Assembly (NCBI GenBank): GCA_050084515.1
Contig: CM114271.1
Span: 40,610,001-40,674,000 of the forward strand
Direction: 5' to 3'
Source of the DNA: Blasia pusilla
Lineage: Eukaryota
Length of the DNA stretch: 64,000 nt
Positions 1 to 13,400 of the stretch are shown in pieces; within the stretch, counting starts at the first letter, position 1; every line of letters begins with the position of its first letter. A program made the position numbers and the translations under genes. Below the pieces are notes generated by a model that saw nothing but the letters and a program-made list of their open reading frames with translations, was not told the origin of the DNA and did not search any database.

Positions 1-1529
1 TTGTTATTCTAGTTGATGTTTATCAAGGAGTTATATCCCAAGTAGCAACTCTCATGATCAAATTGAAATCCTCAATGGGATCATTGATATGCCTTTCTCA
101 CTCAATGAACATAATTATATATACATGGAGCACATTTCTTATCTACATGATAGATTGAAAAATGTACATTCTTTGTCGAAAATTTTCCAGAGCACATATA
201 TAATTTAATTGCATCTAATCCAAAATAAAAATCTAGGCAAGAGTTTTTAAGTCATTGCTTCATTTTTGAAAGTTTTGCTTAGGTTTTAGATAAACTTAGT
301 GACTAACATTTCCCATACTAGCATTTCGAGCTAGTAAAGTTTTGGGTCATTTTGGAGTGTTTTGTTTATATTAGTAAGGACTCGTAAGGGATTATACGAT
401 GCACAGATCCTTGTTTAATGTCATATTTCAATGTGATATCCAATTAACATAATATAACCCCCAATTAGCGTAACCAAAAGTAATTTTGAGGGATATCTAA
501 TGTCACATATCAAACAAAGGAACAACTAAAAAAATTGCATCCTCCAATTAGTATATATATTAGCACTCAACCCTATAGTTTAGGAGTATCTTATAACTTT
601 GGGTTGTTCTATATTTTTTCAATATTTTTCATTTGAAAACGTATTTTCCTACATTTTAATGTTCTTGAGATGACCGAAATTCCATAAGCATCTATTTTGA
701 CTATAATGCATATATGATTGTAAACTTCCACCAAATACTTCTTTCCAATTTGTACTTTTTTGGTCATATAACAATTAAGGTATATATTTTCATAATTCAC
801 TATTATTTTTCTTATATTTTATCTACACATATATAGACAAATGATAAATCTATTGTTATGTTTAAACATCGAACTATTTTTTTTCAATAATATAGACATT
901 GATCCTAGCAGCTTTCCGCTTAATTAAATGGAACTTCTATCATTCAACATTGCACTTGTGATAAACTTCTCAACAAACTAATTTTCTGAAATTTTCTCAT
1001 GTCTAATTTAGATTTTTCTAAACTCCGTGTTTTTTTTGGACAAACGAGTCAGTACATTGTAATTGCTACTACACTCATCCGCTTAGCCACTTCTACTTTT
1101 TGTTTCCATCTCATGGATTTAAATTTTCTTCAACATTAAATCAATTACACACCTAATCATTTTAATGGATACTTCAACTCATATAACTCCACGCCTAACA
1201 ATTCAATACCAAAATTTTGCTCATTTCCAAATTAAGCTACATCCAAGTAATAATGGTATCCGCTAGATCCACTACAATGAATATATCACATGCAATTCAC
1301 CTCGACACCTTCAAAGTTTACTTCATGTGCATCTCGATCTTCTACATTGTATTATGTACACTCAAATTTTTGCAACCGACATCTAAACTATCACTCACAC
1401 CACTCATGTACTTTACATTACCTCAACCCATGTTAACTAAATCATTGCTTGTGGAGCCTAAGCTTAGTAATATTCAACCTCGCAAAATATCAACTCCATA
1501 ATTGCAATTCTTTATTTAGTATAGTATCA

Positions 1530-2070
1530 TGGTCGCATTCTTGTTTTATTAATTAGAGACAAGTGAAAGTGAAGCCTCAATAAACAACCGATGATGGAAA
1601 ACCCATCGAGTGTACAAAAATGGGGATTCAAAGAGTCGAGTACATGAAGGCCACAACCGGTCCGGAAAAAGAAAAGCGGGCACCCTCTACCGGCTAAACT
1701 CACCAATGACAGAGACAATATCAACAACATCTAGAGAGCTATGACTACCGCTAAGTGGGCGTCTAGCGCCGGCGTCTTCGATAGCTTCAACCCGTCGCAA
1801 AGCCCATTAGCCTCAACACGTTCCAAAATTATGGAGACATGTTGTCTACAATAAAGAATTGTAGTAGCAAAGGACAACCCATTTCTCGATTGGCGATGAT
1901 GAACATAATGTGTACGAAACAAGGCAAACCTCCCTCCATAACCCCATATATCTTAATGGTAGGGGGAAGAATCGATATCCATCACTATAGAGGCGGGTTT
2001 TCTTCACCGCCACTACTCCTTATAACAATATCCCTTGTGCCATCATCCGCACAAGCTCCACACTCTCACG
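1530..2070 (-). mobile_element. Degenerate 3' fragment of a CRE-like (RLE) non-LTR retrotransposon
   Basis: Frameshifted minus-strand peptides VAVKKTRLYSDGYRFFPL / IKIYGVMEG / ILYCRQHVSIILERVEA resemble the C-terminus of the CRE-like ORF at 45454-46401 (KELSY..FIPFAVEVFG..YFWQCISMALQRAQA). Confidence 0.4.
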
Positions 2071-3427
2071 CCTAACCGCTTAGGATTAATGGGAAGACTC
2101 CCTTTGCCAACTCCTTCTTCTTATTACTAATAGGGATGAACCCTAACTTCCGGACAACTTCGAGGCGCCCTTTCATGGATGAGAGTTCGTCTGCCCCCGC
2201 TCTCTCATCTATGAAAGGGCACATCGTGGAGTCGTAGGGAAGCGTGTGGCCGTTTTCGTATACGACTCGAGAGTATGTCTCTGTCCCCGAAGTAGGAGAT
2301 CGCAGCTGCGCCGACGCTCCAGACGTTGTCCGGGAAAAAGGCAGCATGCTTTCCACGAGACCTTGCGAGACGTGACAGTCAGAATGCGAGTGAGAACAGA
2401 ATGGCGGGGTCGCTGACTTCTAACGAGCACCGAAACAATCGTCCGGCGAGCGTGTGGATCGACTGTGTGAAGTCCCGCGTGTGATCCTGTCCGGATCGTG
2501 CAGGGAGTCTGCCGTTCTATTCGCTTTCTCGCTGATTGCAGTCGAGCACATCATTCGCTTTCTTGTGGATTGCAGGCTCCCTCATCGTTCGCTTTTTCGT
2601 TAATTGTATTTCATGAAGAGAGTAGTCATCCGTGCAAGGCCAGCGTCGAAGTGGATCATCGCCTTTTGGATAAACGGCTTCGCGTCCGGCCTTTCTTTCG
2701 AAGTTTTTCGAAGACGTCAACGGCAATCGTCTTCTCTCGGCATCACATCATGAGGCCAGGACCACGACAATCAGGTCAGGTGAAACAACTCTTGCCTCGG
2801 GTGAAAATTTTCATTGCAGCGCGGCAATCGATGAAAACGTAAGGCTGGATCGTCTGCATGTCGAAGTCCTCCATAAATTTCATGTGGTTTACTGCGTCGT
2901 ACGACATGAACGTCGAACAGGTTCGGATCACACTGTCACAGATGTGAAATACACGGCGATAAGCTATTTGATAACGCTAGAGCGTGGTGCCCGTCCGAAT
3001 TTTCAGTGGTTTGTATGCATTATTGCATCGACTCTCGATAAAAAGCTCCACACCGACTTTGAACGGGATATTCATCAGAGCCAGGGTTTCAGTGACTTGT
3101 CGTAATATAGCATCGAATGAAGACAAATCTGGCCATCGATTGTGAAAGTGTGTGATACAGACAATCCACAGGTGGAGCAACAATAAGTTTCGTAGTCGTT
3201 GTCTGTTCATTTCAATCTTTACTTTACTTTCTCGACACTAGTCGCGCAAGTGTACTTGAAGACATCGAGGACGAAGGTTTCATTTCGAAAGCGACTGTCA
3301 TGACGTTTATTGGTGTCATCATGGCCTCGGGACTCCAATCCAATCAATTTCCGACCTTGTGAACCAGATTAAGCCTACATGTCCGTCAAATGCGGCCTGC
3401 TGCATCTATACAACATTTTCTTTGCAA

Positions 3428-4438
3428 CTATGCCAAGTTTACATCACGCACCTGCGAGTTCAGAGCCTCAACTACGCTCTCCACCCATCCCTCGATGCCA
3501 GGGCTTTCCGGGCAGTAAACATTCGCGAGCCCCGCTTTTCTCGCTGCTTGGGCGGACGTCGTGCCAATGCAAGCTGCTGCACCACTCCAGGACCCTATGA
3601 GATCCATCCATGCTCGGACAGCGGTAGGTGATGCGAACGTAGCGACCGGGGCAGCCAAAGCGGCAACCACCTTCTCTTTGTCGAGAGCTTTCACACTTTC
3701 CGTGGAGTATGTGTTTAAGCGTGTTACTGCAAAACCTCGTTCCGACAGACCAGTTTCAAGATCACTACCAGCTTTGGCAGATGAAGGATAGAGCACTCGA
3801 CCATTTCCATTTTCCAACTTCGGTAGCTCTGCGGCCAAGACCTTTGCAGTGGCTTTGGAGGGTGTGAAGTCGAGTTCTATACTGTTCCTGTTCTCTTTCA
3901 CATCCTCAAGAACCTCCCCTGTTCCACCACCCACCACGGCAACTCGTACATTGGGGCAACCGGCATCCCTCCAACCATTCACAAAAACTGTGGCAGCCTC
4001 AGGCGACGTCACTACAATCCACTCGAATTCGACGTCGCGGAGAGTTGGTGCAAGTTTGGGAAGATCCGCGCCTTCCCTGTGCTCGATTAGTGGAAGCTCG
4101 AGACACTGAATCCCGCGAGCACTCAGGGCATTTATCAGCTTTCCATTCTTCCCTTTCTCCCGTGTTACCACCACAATGGCATTGCCCTCGCTTCCCGAAC
4201 TACTCGAACACCTCGCCCTCTTCACGGGAATAGCCAGCCATTCCTTACCTCCCGTACCTATGCAACCAGAACCAGAATGACCCCATCCCTTTCGCACCGC
4301 CAAGCTTATGTTTCCTTTCACGGCCTGGAATTCTCGCATGCACGCACACTGAACCCCGACAAGTCCCTTCACCCCATCCCGTCTCAATTCTCGGCCGATA
4401 AACGCATTGATCTGGAAAGCGGTCACCGAAATCGCCAT
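3428..4438 (-). CDS. UROS: Uroporphyrinogen-III synthase (HEM4/HemD domain), plastid transit peptide, uninterrupted ORF
   Basis: 336-aa ORF with VVVTREKGKNGKL, LELPLIEH, WIVVTSPEAA, VLYPSSAKA, RLNTYST, FASPTAV, ACIGTTSAQAA and PGIEGW motifs, all typical of plant HemD. N-terminal extension is about 85 aa. Confidence 0.93.
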   Translation of the reverse strand: MAISVTAFQINAFIGRELRRDGVKGLVGVQCACMREFQAVKGNISLAVRKGWGHSGSGCIGTGGKEWLAIPVKRARCSSSSGSEGNAIVVVTREKGKNGKLINALSARGIQCLELPLIEHREGADLPKLAPTLRDVEFEWIVVTSPEAATVFVNGWRDAGCPNVRVAVVGGGTGEVLEDVKENRNSIELDFTPSKATAKVLAAELPKLENGNGRVLYPSSAKAGSDLETGLSERGFAVTRLNTYSTESVKALDKEKVVAALAAPVATFASPTAVRAWMDLIGSWSGAAACIGTTSAQAARKAGLANVYCPESPGIEGWVESVVEALNSQVRDVNLA

Positions 4439-4689
4439 GTCCTCTCCTCAAGGAGCTGTCTCAACGCTGAGGGCGCCGAGCGGCGAGCTCTGTCTCCATC
4501 CGGACACCATCGAAACCATGAAAATCTAAGTCCTGATCTAACCGGAACTGAAGAGAAGACGAATGACGTACAGAAGTGCATGTTCGCAGAAATCCTACCT
4601 GATATCGATAAGACAAATCACTGTCGTAATAAGTAAAATAAATACACGGCACTCAATACCATCATACAGAACCGCCACTGGAAACGCAC

Positions 4690-4958
4690 CACGTGGATCC
4701 CACTCCACCTCGTGCTCATCAGTCCATGCATTCAGTACTCGTGCCCGCCGAACCTGCCTGACGTTAGGGCACACTCGGACCGCGGACGGTGTTGCAAACT
4801 CGCAGGGGTCTACCGCGGCTCACAGCCTCACAGACCTCCAACCAGTGTGCGGCCCTTTGTGAGAGAGGGGGGAGAAAGTAATTATCGTTATCGAACATGT
4901 ATTAGGCAGGACACGTGGATAGACTACGTGAAAAAAAGGCCGTAAATATTGCCACGTG
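4690..4958. promoter_or_regulatory. Cluster of three G-boxes (CACGTG) in the UROS / COQ11-like bidirectional promoter
   Basis: CACGTG at 4690-4695, 4912-4917 and 4953-4958, each followed by G (CACGTGG). Extra ACGT cores near 4926 and 5074. All lie between divergent ATGs at 4438 and 5198. Confidence 0.5.
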
Positions 4959-5197
4959 GGTGAATGGGTAGTCGAAGCTGGCAAAGTGTTTGCCGAACCT
5001 ACTGAGGGCGAATGGGAAGGTCCGGGAACTGGAAGTAATTGGTGGATTGACTGCCAGATGTCTATCGAGGGACACGTCGACAAACACAAGTGAGCATCTA
5101 TTGTACCATTGTAGTCGGCAGGAATCGGGAAGCGAGTGACGGGAGGAAAGGAAGAGTGACAAGAGGGCGCAGAGGGACGGCACGGAGGTATTTGACA

Positions 5198-8100
5198 ATG
5201 GCAGCACGGGGCTTGCGAAATGCACGAGCGCAAGCAGCTCGCCTCGGGTATGTGCCTTCCTGATTTTTAACGGACGGAAGAGTGTGCATGAATGAGCGTC
5301 CTGTGGTGAAGCTTAAAGAAATTGGTTACGCCGTATTGATTGCATGCCTGCTGCCTGCTGGCTGTTGCGATTGGTGACAGCGGAATGCGCGCACTTGTCC
5401 TGTTCTTTTCATGCAGATCCACACAGATCTGTCCAGTTAGAAATGCCGATTTCTCTTGTTTAGGGGATCGTGATTGTTTTCAACAATTGAAGGGACTTCC
5501 CGGATTCGTTGTCTTGTAAATCGCTCTTCTGTACAGCTTTCCTGTATCACAAATTAGTAGAGGAATTCTTCTGGAAAATTCGATGGTTGCAGATTCATTT
5601 GAGCTTGAATTCCTGTTATGGATGATGTTGAACAGTACCAGGGTAAAGAGTGGAAGGTATATTGCTTGTCCTTGGTTCCGAACCCCACCCATCTGCAGCA
5701 CAGAAACCCTATGCGGGGTTTTAGGTTTTCCTCTGTATAATTTTGTGCAATTGACGGGATGCGTCTTCATTTCATAACCTCGAGAGTGGATCCATTTGCT
5801 CTTTGTTCACTAAACGCACTATTTCACAAAAAGATCTTAGCCTCGTAGTAAGAATTGTTGCATGAGGAAAGTCCTCACGTTGTGTTTTAATTTCACCTTT
5901 GTAAAGCGTAACAGGATTGTATTCCCTGCGATCGTATATTTTCCTTCCGAACCCGCTTGTTCATCCGAATTCGGCGAGTAGTAGTCTTTGTTTCTGCCCG
6001 GGTTGTATCTGATACATGAAATTGAGTAGGGTTGGGGGCCGACATTATTGCGTCAGTCTGCCGTTGAGCTCGCGATTTCTTGGAAAGCGTGCTCGTTCCG
6101 TCCAACTGGTGCCAATCAGATTAATGCATACGCGCACAGAGAGTGGATTAGACTTGGATACCATGTGAATGGAGACGAGAGGCACAGGAAGTTACTGTCG
6201 CCGGCTAAGTTCTTGGCCAATAAAAAGCTTGCCTCGCAGGACAAATATCAGTTGCAACACGATATTAAATCATTGCACGTTCGCGTGAACAGGCAGTGGC
6301 TGGGCTCCGTGGACATGAGTGGCAGACCAATCTCGACTGTCTCATCTAGTCTGCAAAATTCTCCATCAGGGAAAGTTGAAGAAGCGGAAACTGTAGATAC
6401 ACCAAAGCCCAAGGATCGGACGAAGGTGAAGAAGTCCACCTTAGGTTACGTGGTTCCAGGTTTTCTTCCTTAGGCTTGTGAACTTCGATTCTATTGTGAT
6501 GGTCCACTGAGTCTAGATTTTGCTATTTGCATAAAGTAGATGTGCTGCTTGTCCGAGAACTTACCGCTTGACTGCCACAGTCTTAGTATAATCTTCATTC
6601 TGAAAGACAAACACTATTTGATTGGTTTTCAAGAACCCGAGACTGTCTTCTCCGCAGATACTTGTGATAGGAGGAAGTGGATTTGTAGGCTCACACGTCT
6701 GCCAGGAAGCTCTACAACGGGGTTTTCCGGTTTTGAGTCTCAGCAGGTACAAACTATTCTGGGGCAACTCTTTCTGAGTGAACGATGCAAAGCACAAAAT
6801 ATGCTCAGAAAAATTGCTTGATCCAGATATTTTCCGAGAGGAAGTATCGACTTGTCTTCCTGGGAGAAAGGTTTGGTGGCTGCTGGATAAAAAGATCTCG
6901 TGTTGAGTGAATCTTTGATATTCTACTCTAGTGGACCACAGCTGTGCAGTTGTTCCAGAGGGACATACTGAGGCAAGAACGTAGAATGTGACTCTCTATA
7001 ACATAAACCAGACTTTCTGGAACAAAATTTTGTGCTTAACACTTCCCTTCTTACTGCTTTCGCAGATCAGGCAGACCACCAGTAGCTCAATCATGGATGA
7101 ATGACGTTACTTGGTTACGAGGTGCCTATCAAATTGATCAGTAAATTTGTTTTCGTATCTGAGCATATTATTCTCAATTCTGTTCTGTGTATCAAGGGGG
7201 ACTAATTTGTGACCAGAGCGATAGCATTTTAGCGTACCCCCCTCAAATGACCCAAGATCTGGATGTCCTAGGAACGCTGGTAGGGGTTTTTATAATCTTA
7301 TAAGCTTGAGTTGCCAACGGGCCAATGGTCAGCTCACGTTAATACAAAACTGCATGAAAGCAGTCAACCCCAAAGACTGCGTACATGCTTCACCTAAGGG
7401 GTATGGTGGAATTTCAACAGGAAGCGTCTTTGACTCAGAGAAATGGAGCAACTACTTGAAAGAGGTGTCCGCAGTGGTATGGACTCAACCCAGATTCCAG
7501 CTACAGTAAAATGAATCATTTCATATCACGGACGTGTGTATTTGATTGAATGTACCGGGTTGGGTTGTAGTCCTTGGTGGACTAAATTTTTCTACTTTGG
7601 TCGAAATTGGAACACGAAGAGGTATTTTTATTTCTCAACTCGCGTACTTCAGGTTTCTGACCAAGATCTGATACTTGTTCTACTGCCTCCTTTCTCAAGA
7701 TTTCGTGCGTGGGAGGATTTGGATCGAACGCAACAATGCGTAAAGTGAATGGGGATGCCAATATAGCTGCTGTAAATGTTTCTGCTGATAAAGGTGAAGC
7801 AGTTGCAGATTTGTGCAATGACGTCAAAGACATTTGTGATAAATATTGACCGACCGTGGTACCTATATAGATACTGTTTACTCATTTGTGAGACCCTTGA
7901 AATGATGTTCACTCTATTGCTGCTCTTTTATGAATCGTATGCTGGCATCGATAGGCTGCGGAATCGGTTGGTCCAGAAGTTGTTCCTTGGTAGAGAGAAC
8001 GTTGCCTTACTCGAAGATCATATAAATGTACTTGATGATCGACCTTTCCCTCTGGCAGGCGTGCACCGTTTTGTGTATATATCAGTTGCTGAGTATGGAT

Positions 8101-9118
8101 TCCCTCCATTTGTGTTGAGGGGTTATTTTGAGGGAAAGGTAAAGGTTCCCGAACATGTCCAGTTCTGCACGTTTACACATGTCTACTGTTCCTCTATATC
8201 TTATGAAGTGTCTGATCATGTTATTGACCCTGACATTTGTTGTGCGGTCAACCGAATTCAATTCCTACTGCGATTAGCTCATGTCATAAGTCTTGGAAAA
8301 TAGGCCTCTGACGTTCTCTTTATTTCGACTTGAATACAGAGAGCCACCGAAGAGGCAATCCGTTTGAAATTTCCCTACAGTGGTATGTCATTTTCAACCC
8401 ACGATGCACCCTGGATATGTTCAGGTTTGCGTTCGTGTTTACGACCCTACTACATACAATCCACGTGTCCTCCACACGTGTTCATTTATTACTTCGTCTC
8501 CCACCCCTCTCAAAGGGCCAGACTGATTTCATATTATACTGTGGCTTGAGGTTCAGATTGCTCTGGCTTGCTGTCCGAAGAGGACACTCCGTTAATTCTT
8601 AGAGTGGATGCCTAAATGAGGAGTCGGATGCCAAAGTTTCGAAAGTCATGTAAGTGTGTTTGGATTAATGTGTCCAGGTGTTATTTTGAGGCCAGGATTT
8701 ATCCATGGCAATCGTCAAGTTGGCACCATGAACCTTCCTTTAAGTGCAATAGGCACTCCGCTTGAGCTTGTAAGTATACTCAGTGATTTCTTCCAGCTTT
8801 TATTTTGGAGTAAGTCTCAAGTTTTATGGCCGAATCAGTTTTCTCAAGCAACATCTCCTCCGTGACGGAAAGGTGCCGTGTTGTGATGAAACCTTGGGAA
8901 TGAGCAGGACAAACTTCTGAAGATCGCCTTACTATTGGGTGCAGGTGATGCGGAACCTGAAGTCAGCGACACAAATTCCAATTGTAGGCCCCCTACTGAT
9001 CCCGCCAGTAAAGGCAACCGCTGTAGCAAAAGCTGCTGTGCGAGCAGCCGTCGACAATGCTGTTCCCCCTGGAATCCTTGACGTATGGGGTATCATGCGT
9101 CTCGGGGATTCCAGTTAG
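5198..9118 (+). CDS. NAD(P)-binding Rossmann-fold protein, atypical SDR (COQ11 / Arabidopsis At5g10730-like), about 10 exons
   Basis: Spliced by eye with GT-AG introns: 5198-5247, 6293-6425 (VEEAETV), 6658-6746 (ILVIGGSGFVGSHVCQEAL), 7066-7121, 7421-7476, ~7700-7793 (ISCVGGFGSN), ~8059-8138 (RFVYIS..LRGYFEGK), ~8340-8382, ~8678-8769 (ILRPGFIHG), ~8945-9118 (TAG). The first exon (MAARGLRNARAQAARLG, presequence-like) is less certain. Confidence 0.88.
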
Positions 9119-11199
9119 AGAGGCTTGCTATTGACTGCTGTGCTCAATGCAACTGATGGCAGGCCGGTTATTGGAGAAATCGCTCTTAGGTTTTCTGCCC
9201 TACTTGTATTTAAGCTCTCATCCCTGCAATGTTGTCTTCCTTCCGTAAGGGTGCTTCTGCGCTGCTCCAAAAGCGCACCGTCAGCCGGACTGTTAAAGAT
9301 CTAACCACGTGGGTAGACTGCTGCTTTTGAACCGAATGCAAGTAGGAGAAAGCCATCGTCAACGACAATTTCCGCCTCAACTGTAGACGAGAAGATGTAA
9401 TCGTCATTAGAGGCAAGCGACTTGGAGAGAACGCTGTGCTTACAACTGGTTCACAAATCTGCAACAGCTCCGGTGGAAGTGTAGGAAGGTTGGTTCCTCA
9501 TTCTCTTGGCCGAAATTCTCACTATTCCCGATGTTGTAACGCATCACTCCGTTGATGACATTATTTCTTTTTTACATGAAGTTCACTTTTACGGTTGAAT
9601 GGCCGTCGGATTTCTAGATAGCATTGTTCATCCTTGTGTATGCGAGGATTCCTGGTCCTTCCAAAAAGGGGTGTACGACATTACCATCAGTTTTTACACA
9701 TGGAAGCACATTATGCACCGACTCCATGAGATTCGTGTGAGAGGCCAAGATTCTGATGTCAAGTATCATTGCAACGGATTCCATGTGAGCAGTCCACCCG
9801 TACACAATAATATTATGTTTAAATTGATTGAAACATGGACTAGTTATCTATCTATTTGCCTTCTTGATCTGCAAACACGAGGAAAAATGTTTCATATTAC
9901 GGTAATAAGAAAAATTTTTTTTTGAATTTTTTTTTGAATTTGTGTGCAACATGGATAGTCCTCTCATTCACATGCATGCCACGGGCTGTACAATAGTATT
10001 TACTAATTGGACATTAGTATATCTACGAATTGGAGGATGGAGTGTTTGCAATTGCTCCTCCCTTTGTTAAATGGATCAACACATGCAGAAATGGCATCTT
10101 CCAAAAAGTTTTTTTTATGAAAATGTGCTTGGTCATTGTAAGTGGGATCATGTGAAGAGAAATTAGCATTTGGTGAATAGGGACCCGTTCATATGGTAAA
10201 AATTTAATATGGGACTTGTTCATATGTCCCTTAGTGGTTGTGTAATACATGGTCCAATAAAATAAACTCTCTGAGTCTTTGGCACATTTGCAAAAGAATC
10301 CATAGCAATTTTGTGCTATGGTTTGTAAATTCCCACAGTTCAGTCGGGTCAGTTGCGAGTCCTTATTTTCATACTAGTCTAAATCCATTGAATTAGGATT
10401 TTCTCCATAAGTTGCATTGATGATATGAATTCTTTCCATGGGACTGGTTCATTGGGACAAAAATGATGGTCCTTCACATCTCGGCGACTTAATCTTGAGG
10501 TTGTAGGAAGGGTTTGTAATTGAAGAGTCATTGACCTTCAATGTGGTGACTTTCTAGGAAGCAACCATAGAAAAATCCCATGAGACCTTGATGGACCAGG
10601 TACAGTCACTCACCTCTCCAAAATCTTCTTCTTCACCTTTGTGTCATGTCTTGTTGGCCATGGAGAGTAGTTACTTCCGTACTTAAATTTTTTGTCTAAT
10701 GCATGTTTTCTCATGCATCAACCAAGGGTTTGGCTAGTGCCAACGTTCATTATGAAGCCGAGCAACAAAATTTGAAGATCTTAAAGGGTTGCTGCGAGGC
10801 CTAAAATGTGGTAGGCGAACTTGGATGTCCGAAATTTCCAACATGGACGTGCGTGTCTAAATGACAGGCATACGTTTGTGTACTTGTTCGTGTTTGTAGA
10901 CATGAAGTTTGTTATGGCTCTTGCGGCTCTTGGGAAGGACAAGTGGTGGCTTCTTGCGTAAGGAACTCCTAGACTAGAGAAGAAATGCTAATGTCTACAA
11001 GTCAGCCAACATGTGAAAAAGTGCCAATGTCTACAAGTCAAGTGACCAAGAGTATGAATCAAGTATGAATAATGTTCCTCCCATGCGATGGCATGGATGT
11101 AGGGACAATAGGAGAATAATATTTCTTTGGATGTTGTGCAATAGTAGGTAGTCACAATTTCCACTCGTAGCCATTTCCTATGTGACACCAAGGTTTGTG

Positions 11200-13400
11200 T
11201 GACATTGGGTGATATGTCCTAATTCCTAAACTCTGAATTTATTTTGAAGACTTGATAACCAACTTTACATGGGTTTTAGTAGGAATATTAATTAAAAAGA
11301 TTTTTTCAAATTCACCTATGGTTTTTTGCTTACCTCATGTAAAGATTTTCAAAGTGCCCAATAATTGAGTATGAATCCGATAGGCTTCTTAGTTCCCTAA
11401 GAAGTTCTAGATATATTTCCAAGCTCATTTAGTTCATGAAGTTGAGGAGTACAATTCAGAATCATACGTGACTCGACGGGATTCAGATAACTTTATATGG
11501 TGGTTTGTGAGAAAGTGCATATTGTGCAAGAAGAGATATAGGTAGTTATTGTAATCAAGGAAAAACTTAAATCACAAGGGTGAGAATTATGGAATTGCAA
11601 ATAACATCATTATTGTCATGAAAGAATGTATGTTAGGGATAACTTAAGAGGTAGAGGAAATAACCATAACCAAAGTATGGATCATTTCGATATTTTGATT
11701 ATTTTTGAATTGAATTGCATTGCTAAAGAGAATGATATTAGACATTGAATTCGTCCATAAGAGAATTAAATGTAACAAAACTCTAATAATGGTGGTCATA
11801 GATCACATAATGCAAAGTTTCATGGGATAATGGCATTAGGGAGCTTAAGTACTATGTGCAAGGTTTTTGTTTGGTCCAAGAGTATCTAGCCATATGACTA
11901 CTCATAAGGAGTAGTTGTAACAACCCATAACTAAGGGATTTTTTTACAAATGTATTATAAAAGACTATAGAATATTAAACTAACATGGGTGAAATTGTTT
12001 TTGAAACTAATCCCCGTGCATTAGTGTTTTGGAAGATGGGTGTATAGCCACTACAACCAGAAAGCTATTCATTGGTAGAGAAAAAATCCAACTAAACTCT
12101 TAAGATAACATTCAATAACTAAGATTAGTTTGTTGAAAATCCAGCCACCCTTGACATAATACTTTGAAGTTCCAAATAAGGTCAAAGACCCTCATTGTAG
12201 ACTAAAACAAAACCATCTTCAATGATGAGGCAAATTTTGTAGAACTTTATTGCAAGTGAAAGGGCATACAAATCCACTTCCTCTAAATTACAAGGATACA
12301 TTGTCCAAAGTTTGTGTGAAAACCAATCAATTCATGTTTGTATCTTCAAGAACCAAGTTCACAAGAGACAATGGCCAATTAAGGAAAGCTCCTTGGTAAG
12401 TGGCACATCATCGAAACATAGGACCTGCACCGATTTGACCATTGCAACACGGCTCCTCTGTGCCCTCTTCCACCTTCACTCCCATCATTTGTACTTTCAT
12501 TGCGAAAAAGGTTTATTCTAATGAAAAATTTACTCTATCTTTAAAGTAAAAGTCGATTCCAATCTACACAAGTCTCTCCCTCCTTGGCCGTAAGTTTCCT
12601 CATGAGGGTAAATTTCCCCTCATGAGACCCTAATAAAATCCCTGTACATCTATTCGACATAAATGGGTAGACTCATCATCCTCAAACAAATCTTGTGGGC
12701 GTAAGGTTGATGATAAAGTGCCTGAAATTCCTTTTATTTCCTTTCGTGAAACCCATCCATGGAAAGTTAGGGTGTCTTGTTTGGCTAATATTTGTAACAT
12801 TCTTCAGAAATTTATAGAGCAAGGTCAGCTTGAAGATGTGCTCCTTGTTACCTCATATCTATTCCAAAATTTGGAAAACTTCTTCCTTACAACTTGTGTA
12901 GCCTCACCTTAACCACAAATGGAACCCAAAACTCATGCTCTTTATCTATATGATCATTGAGAACTAGTGGCTCAAAAGCTTCTTGCAATTAGCTTTGAAG
13001 ACTTATCCTGAGAGGAGTAAGGATGAGTGAATCTCAACTACACATCCTACACAATCTCAAGGTTTTGTAGTTGATCTCTTTAGAACACCTTCAAAATGTG
13101 GATGTCTTTAAGTGATATTTTGTTTCCACCTTTTAGCCATGTAATTCATGGGGTACAAATATGATACTTTCTCCAATCTACCCAGCCTTCATCCTAGTTT
13201 ATACCAATAGAGAGAATAAAATGCCATGAATGTGGTTGCATCTTTTTACCATTGCCTTAGGGTTACAAGAAGCTGCCAGACCTAGAGATTCCATACCTCT
13301 TGAATTGAGTATTGGTACAATTTGAGAGCCAGGTGGAATAATATATTCCACAGAAGTAGGGTGACTCCTTTGGAGTCACTTGAAGAAGTCTTCACTACAA
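11200..13400 (-). mobile_element. Highly degenerate LINE-like relic (AT-rich, no intact ORF)
   Basis: The minus strand near 12400-12620 gives frameshifted motifs resembling an APE endonuclease (GKFT..., RL(D)RFYF, FDDVPL for SDH.PL). Boundaries are uncertain. Confidence 0.3.

Noticed and set aside
1-1500. AT-rich region with short ORFs
   Set aside because: No recognisable motifs, termini or repeats; left unannotated.
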